Assembly: GCF_041956535.1 (NCBI RefSeq)
Contig: NW_027192193.1
Span: 173,530-237,529, forward strand
Reading direction: 5' to 3'
DNA length: 64,000 nt
Origin: Calcarisporiella thermophila CBS 279.70
Lineage: Eukaryota; Fungi; Calcarisporiellomycota
Part shown: piece by piece, positions 14,111 through 25,503 of the stretch
Position numbering within the stretch: position 1 is the first letter of the stretch
How the letters are laid out: every line of letters begins with the position of its first letter
Notes under the pieces: model-generated
What the model saw: the letters and a program-made list of their open reading frames with translations, nothing else
Databases searched by the model: none
What the model was told of the DNA's origin: nothing
Made by a program: the position numbers and the translations under genes

Positions 14111-14950
14111 TGGAGAAAGAGGGGGGGGGAAAGGAAGATGGGTGGGCGGCTAACAAGCCCGGAACAAGAGAATAGATTTCCTCTCGAGGAGATTTAAAAA
14201 AAAAAAATAGAGAAAAATTATTGCGAGAGTGGGAGGTGTACAAAAAGCTTTCTTTTTATTTAACGCAGCAAAACGGTTAATACGCCGTGTGCAGGCAGTG
14301 GTCGGCCGATAGATCATTGTACCTCTTCAGCTCGCCCGGGAATAGGCCGCCGGGAATATGGTAACTGCACAAGAATAAATAAAAAAATCGGCAAATCCTA
14401 ACGCACATCGCCCCATTTGGAGCGGATAATCAGTCTGAATCATCCTCCGGGATTGGACGCGTAGGGAGGGCAGCGTATGAGAATCGAACCAAGGCATGAG
14501 GAGGGGTGATTCAGTTCGAACAAGGTTCCCCTGGGTGGATCGCACCATGAAGGAGCCTCTTCGCAGGAAAGCTCGCCCTCCACTCTAACACTCCACGCCG
14601 AAGCCAGAACCGCAGCGGCCCTCTCTGATACCGCCTCACAAGGCCCCTATCACAGGGTTGGCAGAGCGGAAGCTTTCCCTTGTATAGCACTCTCAGCTCT
14701 GCTTTTCCATTCTGTTAATTTATTAAATAAGAGGATGATTGGAAGCTTAAATCTCTCTCCGGCCAATCATGACTCACACCTTATGGGAAGAAGGTAAGGT
14801 TTTTGGAATGCTAGATCTGATAGCAATCTGAAGGTCAATAAGCCACAGCTGTTCTGAAATCCAAAAATTCAATAGGGCCAGTGCATTCTCGTTCCCTCCC
14901 CTCCCTTGTTGGCCACAGTTTAGCGTAATCCGGGAATAAGTGCTCGTCAA

Positions 14951-15878
14951 ATGAACTTCTTCAACATCGGGTAAGCACTCGTCATCTTCACCGGTACGCA
15001 CTAGCTAATCGTCCTTTGACTAACTGTAGTAGCAAGCTATCCACCAAGGGTAAGGTGAAGAAGTCATCCGCCCCTCTGCCAAAGCCGCTGTTTCTGATGC
15101 CACCCTACGTCAATGCATCGCTTGTCAAGGGAAACTTCCGGAACATCGTGGAGCTGCCCAAATATGTGGACGAAAATGAATGGCTGGCCATCAACGGTAT
15201 TTAGATTTTGTCAGCAACATGGCCCATTGTTCTGCATGATGAACCCCTTTTATTTGATATCTAGTTTCCGATCTTGTCAATTACATCAATCTGTTCTACG
15301 CTTCTATATCTGATTTCTGTACACCACGGGACTGTCCAAGCATGTCTGCTGGCCCGGGGTGAGTCGAGTGTTTCCTAGATTAATGATCTACCATGTCTTA
15401 GAAACTAACCTCTCTTCACTCTCCATCTGCGTGGATTAGTGTTGAATATACTTGGACAGATAACCAGCGCAAAGCCAAAACTCTCCCAGCCCCGCAATAT
15501 GTTGACTATGTCATGACCTCGATTCAAAATATGCTCGAGGATGAAGATACCTTTCCCACAAAAACTGGTTAGTGTTTTTCGATTCAAGAAGCTGCTGATA
15601 AAATTTTCTAACCCCACGAGCCTTCCCTAGGAGGTGAGTTTCCCAAAGATTTCCCATCCATATGCCGTCAGATCTTTCGCCAATGTTTCCGCGTCTTCGC
15701 TCATATCTTCCATCATCACTATGACCGCCTACTGTGCCTTCGTGAGGAGGCACATTTCAACTCACTTTTTGCTCATTTCATCTCGTTTGCACGAGAATTT
15801 AACCTGCTTGATCGGAAAGAGATGGCACCGCTTCAGGAGCTTATTGATCATCTGCAACGGAATGGAGTTATAGTTTGA
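14951..15878 (+). CDS. MOB2: MOB kinase activator, Mob2 type (Cbk1/RAM pathway); 5 exons
   Basis: MNFFNI...KPLFLMPPYVNASLVKGNFRNIVELPKYVDENEWLAIN...CPSMSAGPG...LPAPQYVDYVM...IFRQCFRVFAHIFHHHY...EAHFNSLFAHFISFAREFNLLDRKEMAPLQELI; TGA at 15876-15878. Confidence 0.9.
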
Positions 15879-16129
15879 TTTTCTTTTTTTTTTTTGTGTG
15901 TGCGTATTTCTCTCTCCCTTTCTTCGGAATGGCTAGGAAATCCTTTCCTACTTTCTGTTCTTTTGACACCTTACTACCAGCATTTTCTTTGTTATTTCTT
16001 GGGTGAACTTTTTTTTTTCTTTTCTACTGCCTTTTTGTAAATAATTTATTACGGCCTTCTCATCAATCCAAAATACTCCACTGCTTTTTAACGAAACAGA
16101 AATGGAAAACATGGCAATTTGTATACGTG

Positions 16130-16158
16130 ACGCGTTTTCATTTTGCCCGTCAACGCGT
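16130..16158. promoter_or_regulatory. Paired MCB elements (ACGCGT) upstream of SLD5
   Basis: ACGCGT at 16130-16135 and 16153-16158, 55-85 bp before the ATG of a DNA-replication gene. Confidence 0.65.
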
Positions 16159-16212
16159 CTCTATTTCTTGGAATTGGGTTGTCAGACTTACAACCCTAGA
16201 GTCTTTATTAAC

Positions 16213-17225
16213 ATGGATTCGTTAACATCATCTACCCTCCTGCCTTCCTCTACCCCTAACCCATCCTCTCCTCCTCAGCCCACAGTTGCGTCCGCAATTC
16301 CTGACCTCGATATCGATGAGCTATTGGACGCTCATATGCCGCTGGACGATGACGACCACACTAATCCCGACGTAGGGCTCTTGGCCCAATCCTGGATAAA
16401 TGAGAGAAGCGCACCTGAGATCCTTCCCTACCGTGGTGTACTGGTTGAGAATCTTTTAGAGCTGATCGACAAGCAATCTGAATTGGTGTCGGAGATGTTC
16501 GAAGATCCAACGAGGAGATTCGAGTGCGTCATATACCAAACCGAGATGGAAAGAATACGTTGGCTAATTCGATCTTACTTACGAACGCGACTGCACAAGG
16601 TATGATTGAGCATGTCGCTCTCGCTTATGTGCTATATCCATGTTTAAATGGAGGGTATGTTGATAGATAGAGAGATATGCGACCCATATTTTGAATGATC
16701 CAGAAAGTTTCTCGAGGCTCTCGGACGAAGAGCGTGAATACGTGGAACAGTAGGCTCTCTTCTCATCGCTACTTGTTTATTCTCCGCCGTCCCTAACCAT
16801 TTCACTAGATACCATTCAATAGTATCAGAGCACTATCACAAAGCGTTTCTTTCTCTGCTTCCCGAGGAACAGCGGAAGCAAGATGAAGTGGACAATTTTA
16901 CAGACTTGAGCATGGGTATATTGACTAAATAGCTACGTTTTCTCTGGTGCCTAACTGGAATTCCTCAATTTTCAATGACATGCATAGTTGCAACGCCGTC
17001 ACTGGATGATGCCGTTTTCTGCCGGGTGATGGAGGATTTGGGGGAGGTTGAACTAGAAGGATCGTAAGTGATGGTGCATTTGAATCCTGAAAAGCTATGC
17101 TTACATGGATGTATTCGGACTTTTGCAGAAATGAGTTTGTTGACATGACAACGGGGGACATCTATCTTCTCCGATATAGAGACGTTAGAAAGCTGCTGGA
17201 GCAAGAGCGTGTAAAACTAATATGA
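16213..17225 (+). CDS. SLD5: GINS complex subunit Sld5; 5 exons
   Basis: LAQSWINERSAPEILPY, IYQTEMERIRWLIRSYLRTRLHKIERY, RLSDEE, PSLDDAVFCRVMED, GDIYLLRYRDVRKLLEQERVKLI*. Confidence 0.92.
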
Positions 17226-17564
17226 ACAAAACCTAGTAAATAAAATACATTGACATAGAATGTGTGGTTAGGCGACCCAGCCGATATAACGCAAACGCTA
17301 TGTGTGTATCGTAAAGTGTACAAGCACAACCTGTTCAAAGCATCCCTTCTGCGGCTTTTCGGTGTGAAATGAGATTGGGGTGAGCCATTGTGATATCAAG
17401 CGCAGATGCACCTGTAGCAATAGGGAATAACGAGCATCCTTAAGTCTCTCTAATGGACAAAACGAACTCAATCAAATGAAATGCTTCTAGCTTCATTGCA
17501 TCTAGAACAATCCATATATTTATAGGCTTTATTTTTTCTAATCATCATAGGCCCTCTATGCTCT

Positions 17565-19349
17565 CTATTTTTTTTTCGTCGTAACATTAAATTTAAAGTG
17601 TACAATGTCGCCATCATTCATAGTATAATCTTTTCCTTCTCGCCTTAATTTACCTGCCGCTTTACAACTAGCTTCGCTACCATGCTTCTTCAATTCGTCA
17701 AACGGCATCACTTCCGCGCAGATAAAGCCTCGCTGAAAGTCAGTGTGAATCACGCCGGCAGCAGCGGGGGCTTTCGTGTGTTTCTGTTATTGATAAAAAA
17801 AGTGATACAACGTGAGGATGATGTTGAATAGAACAAGTGAGGAGCAAGGGAACCTACTCGAATCGTCCATCCTCGAACTTCATCGGCTCCAACTGTAAAG
17901 TAGTGTATCAATTGCAATGCTTTGTATCCAGCGACGATGATGTCCGGAAGAGCGGATTTCCCTCCCAGTCTCACTAACTCGGCTGCGCGCTCTGAGGGAG
18001 ACATATCCAAAAGTCGCGCTTCAAAGCTGGCTGAAAATGGTATCAAGATATCGCCTGTGTTGTTTTTTTCAATCCAACGCTTAATTTCCGACACCCTGAT
18101 ATAGATGGATAGTACAATTAAGTCAGGATGGGGAGAGTGTGTCCCTCTTTCAGTGCTTTACCATTTGTTTTTACTCGGCTGGAGATATTCCTGCTCACTC
18201 AAGTTGCAGAGATAGATAACAGGCTTCGCAGTAAGAAGCAGAAGATTGTTGATAACCTCGACCTGGAAAAGGTAGTAGACATTGGTTATTGTGTGGATTA
18301 GAATGAAACTGCAGAGAATAGAACCCAAGGACATTATACCTCGCTGTTAGTCCATTCCCCTTTCCGAACGTCTTGTCCCTCCTGAATATATTTAAACACT
18401 TTGCTAACAGTTTCCTATCATTTCGGGGGAGCAAAAGGTTATTCGTCAACTAAAAACCTAAACCACCATAGAAGGCGATCATGCTCACAAATTCCTCCTT
18501 GGCTTTTTCCGATGCACCCGCGCCCGTTCTGGAAGCTACCCTCTTTAATTCCTCGTACTTCTTCTCTAGGAACTCTTCGTCCTTCAACCTCAACTCCTCG
18601 TGAATGATCTCCAAGTCACGGATCGGGTCGATATTTCCCTCCACATGTACAATATCCGTGTCAGTGAATCCGCGGCAGACATGGTAGATGGCATCTACTG
18701 CACGAATATTGGCCAGAAAGGCATTGCCCAACCCCGCTCCAGAGGCGGCGCCCTTAACAAGCCCAGCTATGTCAATCACAGTGAGGAAGGTGGGGATCTA
18801 GATTCAATATGGTTAGGGTCTGTAGTCACTTTCATGGTTGGAAAAGGTCTCGAAGTATATACTCTAGATTTTGGTTTATACTGCTCGCAAAGCCAGTCAA
18901 ATCTCTCATCTGGAACTTCAACGCGTGCCTCTTCTGGGTCCTAACCAAAGTATGTATTGTATGCACGTCATTTCGAGATAATCACAGCCCCATTAATAAC
19001 ACTCACAATGGTGCAAAAGGGATAATTCTCGGCAGGTACGGAACTACTTGTCAGTGCATTAAAAAATGTACTCTTCCTACAATGACAAAATAATGAATGG
19101 CACCCTTATCTCTACTATCACTCATTTTAACCGAATAGACTACCCAACATTAGGCATGCCGACCACGCCGATCTTCAAATTATTGGAGGGACGTCCCAAA
19201 AGGACGGGTTCTTCTTGGGCTCGATTTTTTACTGAAGATTTCTTTTGCTTTAGTGCAGGCGTGGTATAGGAGAAGGGGCGACGGAAAGAGAGCTGCGGAA
19301 GGAATGAGAAGGATGCTCGAAATCGATGGGAGAGGATTAATAGTGTCAT
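17565..19349 (-). CDS. OLA1: Obg-like ATPase (Ola1/YchF family) with N-terminal extension; about 8 exons
   Basis: [112 protein letters not shown]. Confidence 0.93.
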
Positions 19350-19606
19350 GAGTGATTGCTGATTTTAAATTAGGATAAAGGAAAACGGCTCCGAGTTTCT
19401 TTATTATGAGCAGTCACGGTGGAAGTTCATATTCTGGAGATATAGCATAGTTACTTTCGATTCGCAGACATCGACGCGTTTGCGAACGGAGAGTGGAAAG
19501 GGTCCGGATGAGGGAAAATAAAAACATGTCATTGCGTTTGTGCGAGCATATCCTATTGCACACTTAGGAGGTGAGTAAAGTCAATGTATTTGCTGGTTTT
19601 TCGACT

Positions 19607-19613
19607 TGAGTCA
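19607..19613. promoter_or_regulatory. Gcn4/CpcA-type site TGAGTCA in the shared OLA1/ARG4 divergent promoter
   Basis: Perfect TGA(G/C)TCA about 170 bp upstream of the ARG4 ATG. ARG4 is a canonical general-amino-acid-control target in fungi. Confidence 0.55.
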
Positions 19614-19784
19614 TTTCATATAATTGCAATCTTTATCTAAAATTCATTCTCCGCCTAGCTTTATTACCCCGAGATTAAAAGGGCCAGGATTCCTCGTTTT
19701 TTCTTTTCCCCCCTAATTGCCTAGATTTTATTTCTTTTTCCATTGAGCGAGTTCTCCACAAGCATTTCTTAATCTCTATTCAGC

Positions 19785-21441
<1,657 letters not shown>

Positions 21442-21802
21442 AGCCACGGTAGACCTTTCAGAGCATTTTTTTTTCAATCCTGTATGTTCCTTAATGGATA
21501 GACCTAGACACACAGAGATGGCGTGTGTGTATCTATACAGCGGAGGTTGCCACTCCGCATAACACCTTGATTTGACTAGATAGCAAACTTGTTTCTTAAT
21601 TTGTTTTCATAATTCTTGCATTTAGTAATGATTAAAATTCGAGATAAAGGCAAAACTCAAAAGAGAACTATCCTAAAAAAAATAATGATGAAATTAAAAC
21701 ACTTTATGAAATGTGAAGATCCCTTTGGGGCCAGTATGAGCGCCTAATATTAAAATCGACAGGGCAATTCAGAAAAATAGCGATGAAAAGTGAAAAAAAG
21801 TA

Positions 21803-21874
21803 TGGGACGTGAGAGACTCGAACTCCCAACCTTCCGCTCTGGAGGCGGACGCGCTACCATTGCGCCAACGCCCC
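21803..21874 (-). tRNA. tRNA-Trp(CCA), intronless
   Basis: Reverse complement GGGGCGTTGGCGCAATGGTAGCGCGTCCGCCTCCAGAGCGGAAGGTTGGGAGTTCGAGTCTCTCACGTCCCA. Acceptor GGGGCGT/ACGTCCC, anticodon stem TCCGC/GCGGA with loop CT-CCA-GA, T-loop TTCGAGT; a T-run terminator follows. Confidence 0.95.
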
Positions 21875-21961
21875 ATTGATTTCCATTTTTTGTTGTGGCT
21901 TAAATCATATACATCTAGAAATTTTGGCTCTAATTTTTCCTGTCTGGAAAACATTAATTTT

Positions 21962-22039
21962 GGGGGAGGGTTAGTGTAGTGGACTATCTCTGGGATGCCG
22001 ATGAGAACGGCGTGGGTTCGAATCCCACTTTCCCCACCA
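21962..22039 (+). ncRNA. tRNA-like Pol III head lacking a normal anticodon arm
   Basis: Acceptor-like GGGGGAG/TTTCCCC followed by A-CCA, T arm GTGGG-TTCGAAT-CCCAC, D-like hairpin TAGT/ACTA and hairpin GCCG-ATGAGAA-CGGC. No canonical anticodon stem at the expected position. Confidence 0.65.
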
Positions 22040-22535
22040 GCACTTACTCTTAGTTTGTGACTGCTGTCCACTTGATCAGAAGCTGAGTCTTGATTATTGA
22101 AAAGATCGCCCTTACGATAAGTACAACGATTACATTGGTTTCACATACATGCTATTCACGTCAACTACGATACACGCATATCGATTGAATGTCTATCGAT
22201 CAAGGACCTATATCTCGTTATGTTAAGTCCGTTGACATTAACTTCATGTAATATATGGAAATTAAATAAAAGTTTCCATTAATTGATCAAAAAAAAAAAA
22301 ATCGAACCCCCACCCCACTTCTCATGTTATTCTTTGATATCCACAGTTAGTTGAGTTTCACCATTCCCTTATCTATTTGAGCTGAAAGTCGATATGACCA
22401 ACATATCATTTCGATCTACGATATCACCCAAAGCTTTAACTTTGGCTTCCCTTTCACTTTATTGCTTATAATAATGTAACAATTGTATTTTAGAGTCTTC
22501 CTATACAATAAAGACTCGGCATTGATCAAAAAAAA
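21962..22535 (+). mobile_element. tRNA-derived SINE-like retroposon flanked by a 17-bp target-site duplication
   Basis: Exact direct repeat TGGAAAACATTAATTTT at 21945-21961 and 22536-22552. The element starts with a tRNA-like head (A box TAGTGTAGTGG 21972-21982, B box GGTTCGAATCC 22015-22025) and ends in ATTGATC-A8. An internal ATTGATC-A13 lies at 22282-22301. Confidence 0.75.
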
Positions 22536-22552
22536 TGGAAAACATTAATTTT

Positions 22553-22909
22553 CCGGGCTTTTCTCAGGTCTCAACCGCTATCAATAGTATAGCAATAAGC
22601 AAGCAATATCAAACGGCTACAAAAATAGGTAGAAATCCTTAGGAGAAATCCAACTACAAAAATTGGAGACCAGGGGCAGTACCTGGGTGATTTTGACGTA
22701 GAAGTCTACCCTTTCATTCCCTTCAACTAGATACATCCCAAGGTAGGAATAAAAACCTGGAAAACATTAACCAAATCAGGATGAAATTCACACTCTCTAC
22801 CATTTCTTACATGTATTTCTTGTTTCTGAGGACTATCAAGTCACTATATTAAGAACGAAAAAGGATACTTTTTAATAAAGATCCTCCTAACAAAAAAAAA
22901 CATTAACCA
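22553..22909 (+). mobile_element. Two further short A-tailed inserts (probable 5'-truncated retroposon 3' ends), each followed by another copy of the target sequence
   Basis: 22553-22756 ends AATAAAAAC and is followed by CTGGAAAACATTAACCA (22757-22773). 22774-22900 ends AATAAA...A9 and overlaps AAAACATTAACCA (22897-22909). Confidence 0.55.
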
Positions 22910-23177
22910 TGGGCTACCAACGGGAAATAGTGTCAACTGTCCGTGATGCAGCAATCTGGATTTTCAATCGATCCAGATTAACGATAATAATATACAACAC
23001 CCAACCAAACGAAATAGCACTCGCTGAACAACTAGGACTCGAGATGCAAAAAATTGTTAGGTCCAAAAGTGGTCCGCGTTCATAAGGGATAAAAAAGAAG
23101 ATATCAATGTGCTTTGGTGTAAAGGAAATTGAATACAAGTCCAAGGAGACGAAATATCCTTCATTCAAAACTCTTAA
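22909..23177 (+). mobile_element. Degenerate C-terminal fragment resembling L1/Tx1-clade non-LTR ORF2
   Basis: ...VRDAAIWIFNRSRLTIIIYNTQPNEIALAEQLGLEMQKIV, then after one frameshift KWSAFIRDKKEDINVLWCKGN*IQVQGDEISFIQNS*. By eye this matches the W..W..RN..IF / F...W...V....L.F pattern of ORF2 tails. Confidence 0.4.
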
Positions 23178-23786
23178 CTCCCAACATCGTCTATCTTTTA
23201 ATACTATCCTTTCACCTTTTTAATTTGATTTTAAAAATGAAGGTCAAACCTTACACCTTGTAGCTATTCTTCACTCTGTCTTGCTGTCTAGGTTCAGTTC
23301 CAATGGATACGTTTTTCCTTTTTCAAATTTAAGGATTTGAAGCAAACCAGGGGGAAGAGGGGACGAGATCAGCGCTAGGGCGATCCCCACCCAGGGGCTC
23401 CTACTCCGACCTTTCCCCTCAAAATTAACAAGCCATCAAGCCCCAGCTTTCTAAAGCGAGAGTACAAGGAGCTTTGCGTGGAAAATCGCTATTCCGAGAG
23501 TATCTAAGGCCCCTCACTAGCAATATCCCTGCCCTCGGACTGTTTTCATTCCAAGCTCATACCAATGCTGGTTTCCTAGCAATTGGTAGGACTGGCCGAT
23601 TTTTCAATAAGGGTGAATATACCCTATTTTTTCACTAATTTGATGTAGGTTCATGACTGCGCTGCATTATATAGGGATGACACGAACTGGTGGAAATAAG
23701 AATCAACTTGGTAGTCGAAAATTGAACCGCCACCGCCCCGTCTCCCAAAATTCTCCGTTCACTTGTCATTTATAAGCTAATTCAAC

Positions 23787-24328
23787 ATGAGCTCCCGCAC
23801 CGGGTTCATTCAGATCCGTGATCACGAATTCGAGGATGCCCAATTTGTACCTCCAGAATATCCAGGTCCATAGCAAGTCTGCTCCCGAATCTGCTCCATT
23901 CTAACCTCATCTTCTGACAATGATGCATAGTCCCCTGGAGAGCGATCTTCCTCTCCGTGCTGCTCTTTGTCCTCGGCTCTATTGGGATTGTAATATCCGC
24001 ACTCTTAATGACGGGAATTATCGCGACGGTAAAGAGAAGCACTGATTAATGTAGTGGAGCGCGGCAATGTGTATTGACTCCGTAATTTCATTTTAGAGCG
24101 TCAGTGGAGTACCATTTCTAATTCTTGGCTTACTCTGCTTCATTCCTGGTAAGTCTTGATCAGCCCCTCTTTTCAGCCCTGTCTTCTCCTACCACGGCGG
24201 GGATGCTAAACCCGAATGGCATTCCATTCTCTTTTTTTATTATAGGCTCCTACTACACCTACATCGCTTATTATGCCTACTATGGATACGAGGGATTTGA
24301 TTTCTCTCAGCTACCAGAGCTGGATTGA
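23787..24328 (+). CDS. TMEM230/TMEM134 (DUF872) family small membrane protein; 4 exons, not captured as a whole by the ORF track
   Basis: Spliced MSSRTGFIQIRDHEFEDAQFVPPEYP-VPWRAIFLSVLLFVLGSIGIVISALLMTGIIAT-SVSGVPFLILGLLCFIPG-SYYTYIAYYAYYGYEGFDFSQLPELD*. Confidence 0.82.
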
Positions 24329-24579
24329 ATTCCTCCCCTCACCCCATCTGTAGCTTTTTTATTTCTCCTTTTCTCTCTACTTCTTGTATTTTATTAAATT
24401 TATTCTTCACCACCGATCATTGTCCATTCATTTTCAAGCTTTGGCCCATATTTAATGACGGACTTGGGTTTACTATTCAATGGATATCTTTAAATATTAT
24501 AGAGGAATGAAGAATATGAAACTGATACAGAAAGCTAAACGGATTATCATCCACGTTTTATTTGCGCTCATGAATACCC

Positions 24580-25503
24580 TTAGAAAGCCAGTCCGGCAAC
24601 CAAGGGCACTAGCGCCATTGCAACGGCGGGGGCAAAGCTGTTTGCACCCGAGGACGAAGACGAGGAGGATCCGCCGCCGGAGGAACCAGAGTTGGGCTTG
24701 GCTAATCCCGAGGGTCTGCTGCCACCCTCATCGACTGAGGGCTTGGCATTGGCCTGGGAGGCTGATGCAGCGGCAGTATTAACGGAAGCGGCTGAGGAAG
24801 AGGAGATGGCAGCAGAAGCACCAGACGAGCCAGCGGTGGAGGGAGCGGTCGCAGTGGCTGCAGATGAAGCGCCAGAGGCGACACCGGAGGAGGCCGCCGC
24901 CGAGGAGGCCGAGCTAGCTTGGGGTTCCTGGCGCTTTCTCATGTTCGGGGCGGCAGGAGCCGTTGGTTGAGCGTTGTTCACAGAGGGAGGAGCCTGGGAA
25001 GGCACGGGTGGATCCGGAGGGCAAGTAGGATAGCATGCGGCCGTGGTGATAGTGAAGAGTCCCGAATACGAGACATTGGGATTATCACCTATGGTTCAAC
25101 ATCGCATTAGATGAGGTGGATACTATTATTCTAGTCGGGAGCTCTCAATACAAACCCAAGGTGAGGGAGTACAGATTGGATTCCTTCATGCTGTACGGGA
25201 TGAACCAAGAGAAGTTCCCTGTGGCACCGTCGGCCACCCCGAGAACGGCGACCTGCTGCATAGCAACAGGATCGCCATGCATGAGCTTGACTGTCAAGGG
25301 GCCAGCCGTACCATTAAGCCAAGTGAGAGATTGGTTTGTTCCGGCCTTCCATACGGTTCCTAGGAATGCGGGTGCATCCATAAGCCATGGCGCGTGCAAA
25401 GGATCTGAATCCCAAAGTACTTACCAATAATTGGGTTGGTGATATAGGGGAGGGCGCTGGCGACGCCGGCGAGGGCAACAAGGAAAGACGCGCACTTCAG
25501 CAT
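24580..25503 (-). CDS. Secreted Ser/Ala-rich, probably GPI-anchored cell-surface protein (Kre9/Knh1-like N-terminal domain)
   Basis: Signal MLKCASFLVALAGVASA; YITNPIIGTVWKAGTNQSLTW...LTVKLMHGDP...GNFSWFIP...YSHAI; KR processing site; S/A-rich stalk; hydrophobic C-terminus SGANSFAPAVAMALVPLVAGLAF. Confidence 0.82.

Noticed and set aside
21961-22039. tRNA-Sec or tmRNA, suggested by the possible 9/4 fold and terminal CCA
   Set aside because: No TCA anticodon loop, no G73 discriminator and no G3-U70 pair in the best fold; the flanking TSD and A-tail explain it better as a SINE head.
21944-22909. CRISPR-like repeat-spacer array
   Set aside because: Repeats are only 13-18 bp, the spacers are 120-570 bp and A-tailed, there are no cas genes, and the context is eukaryotic.
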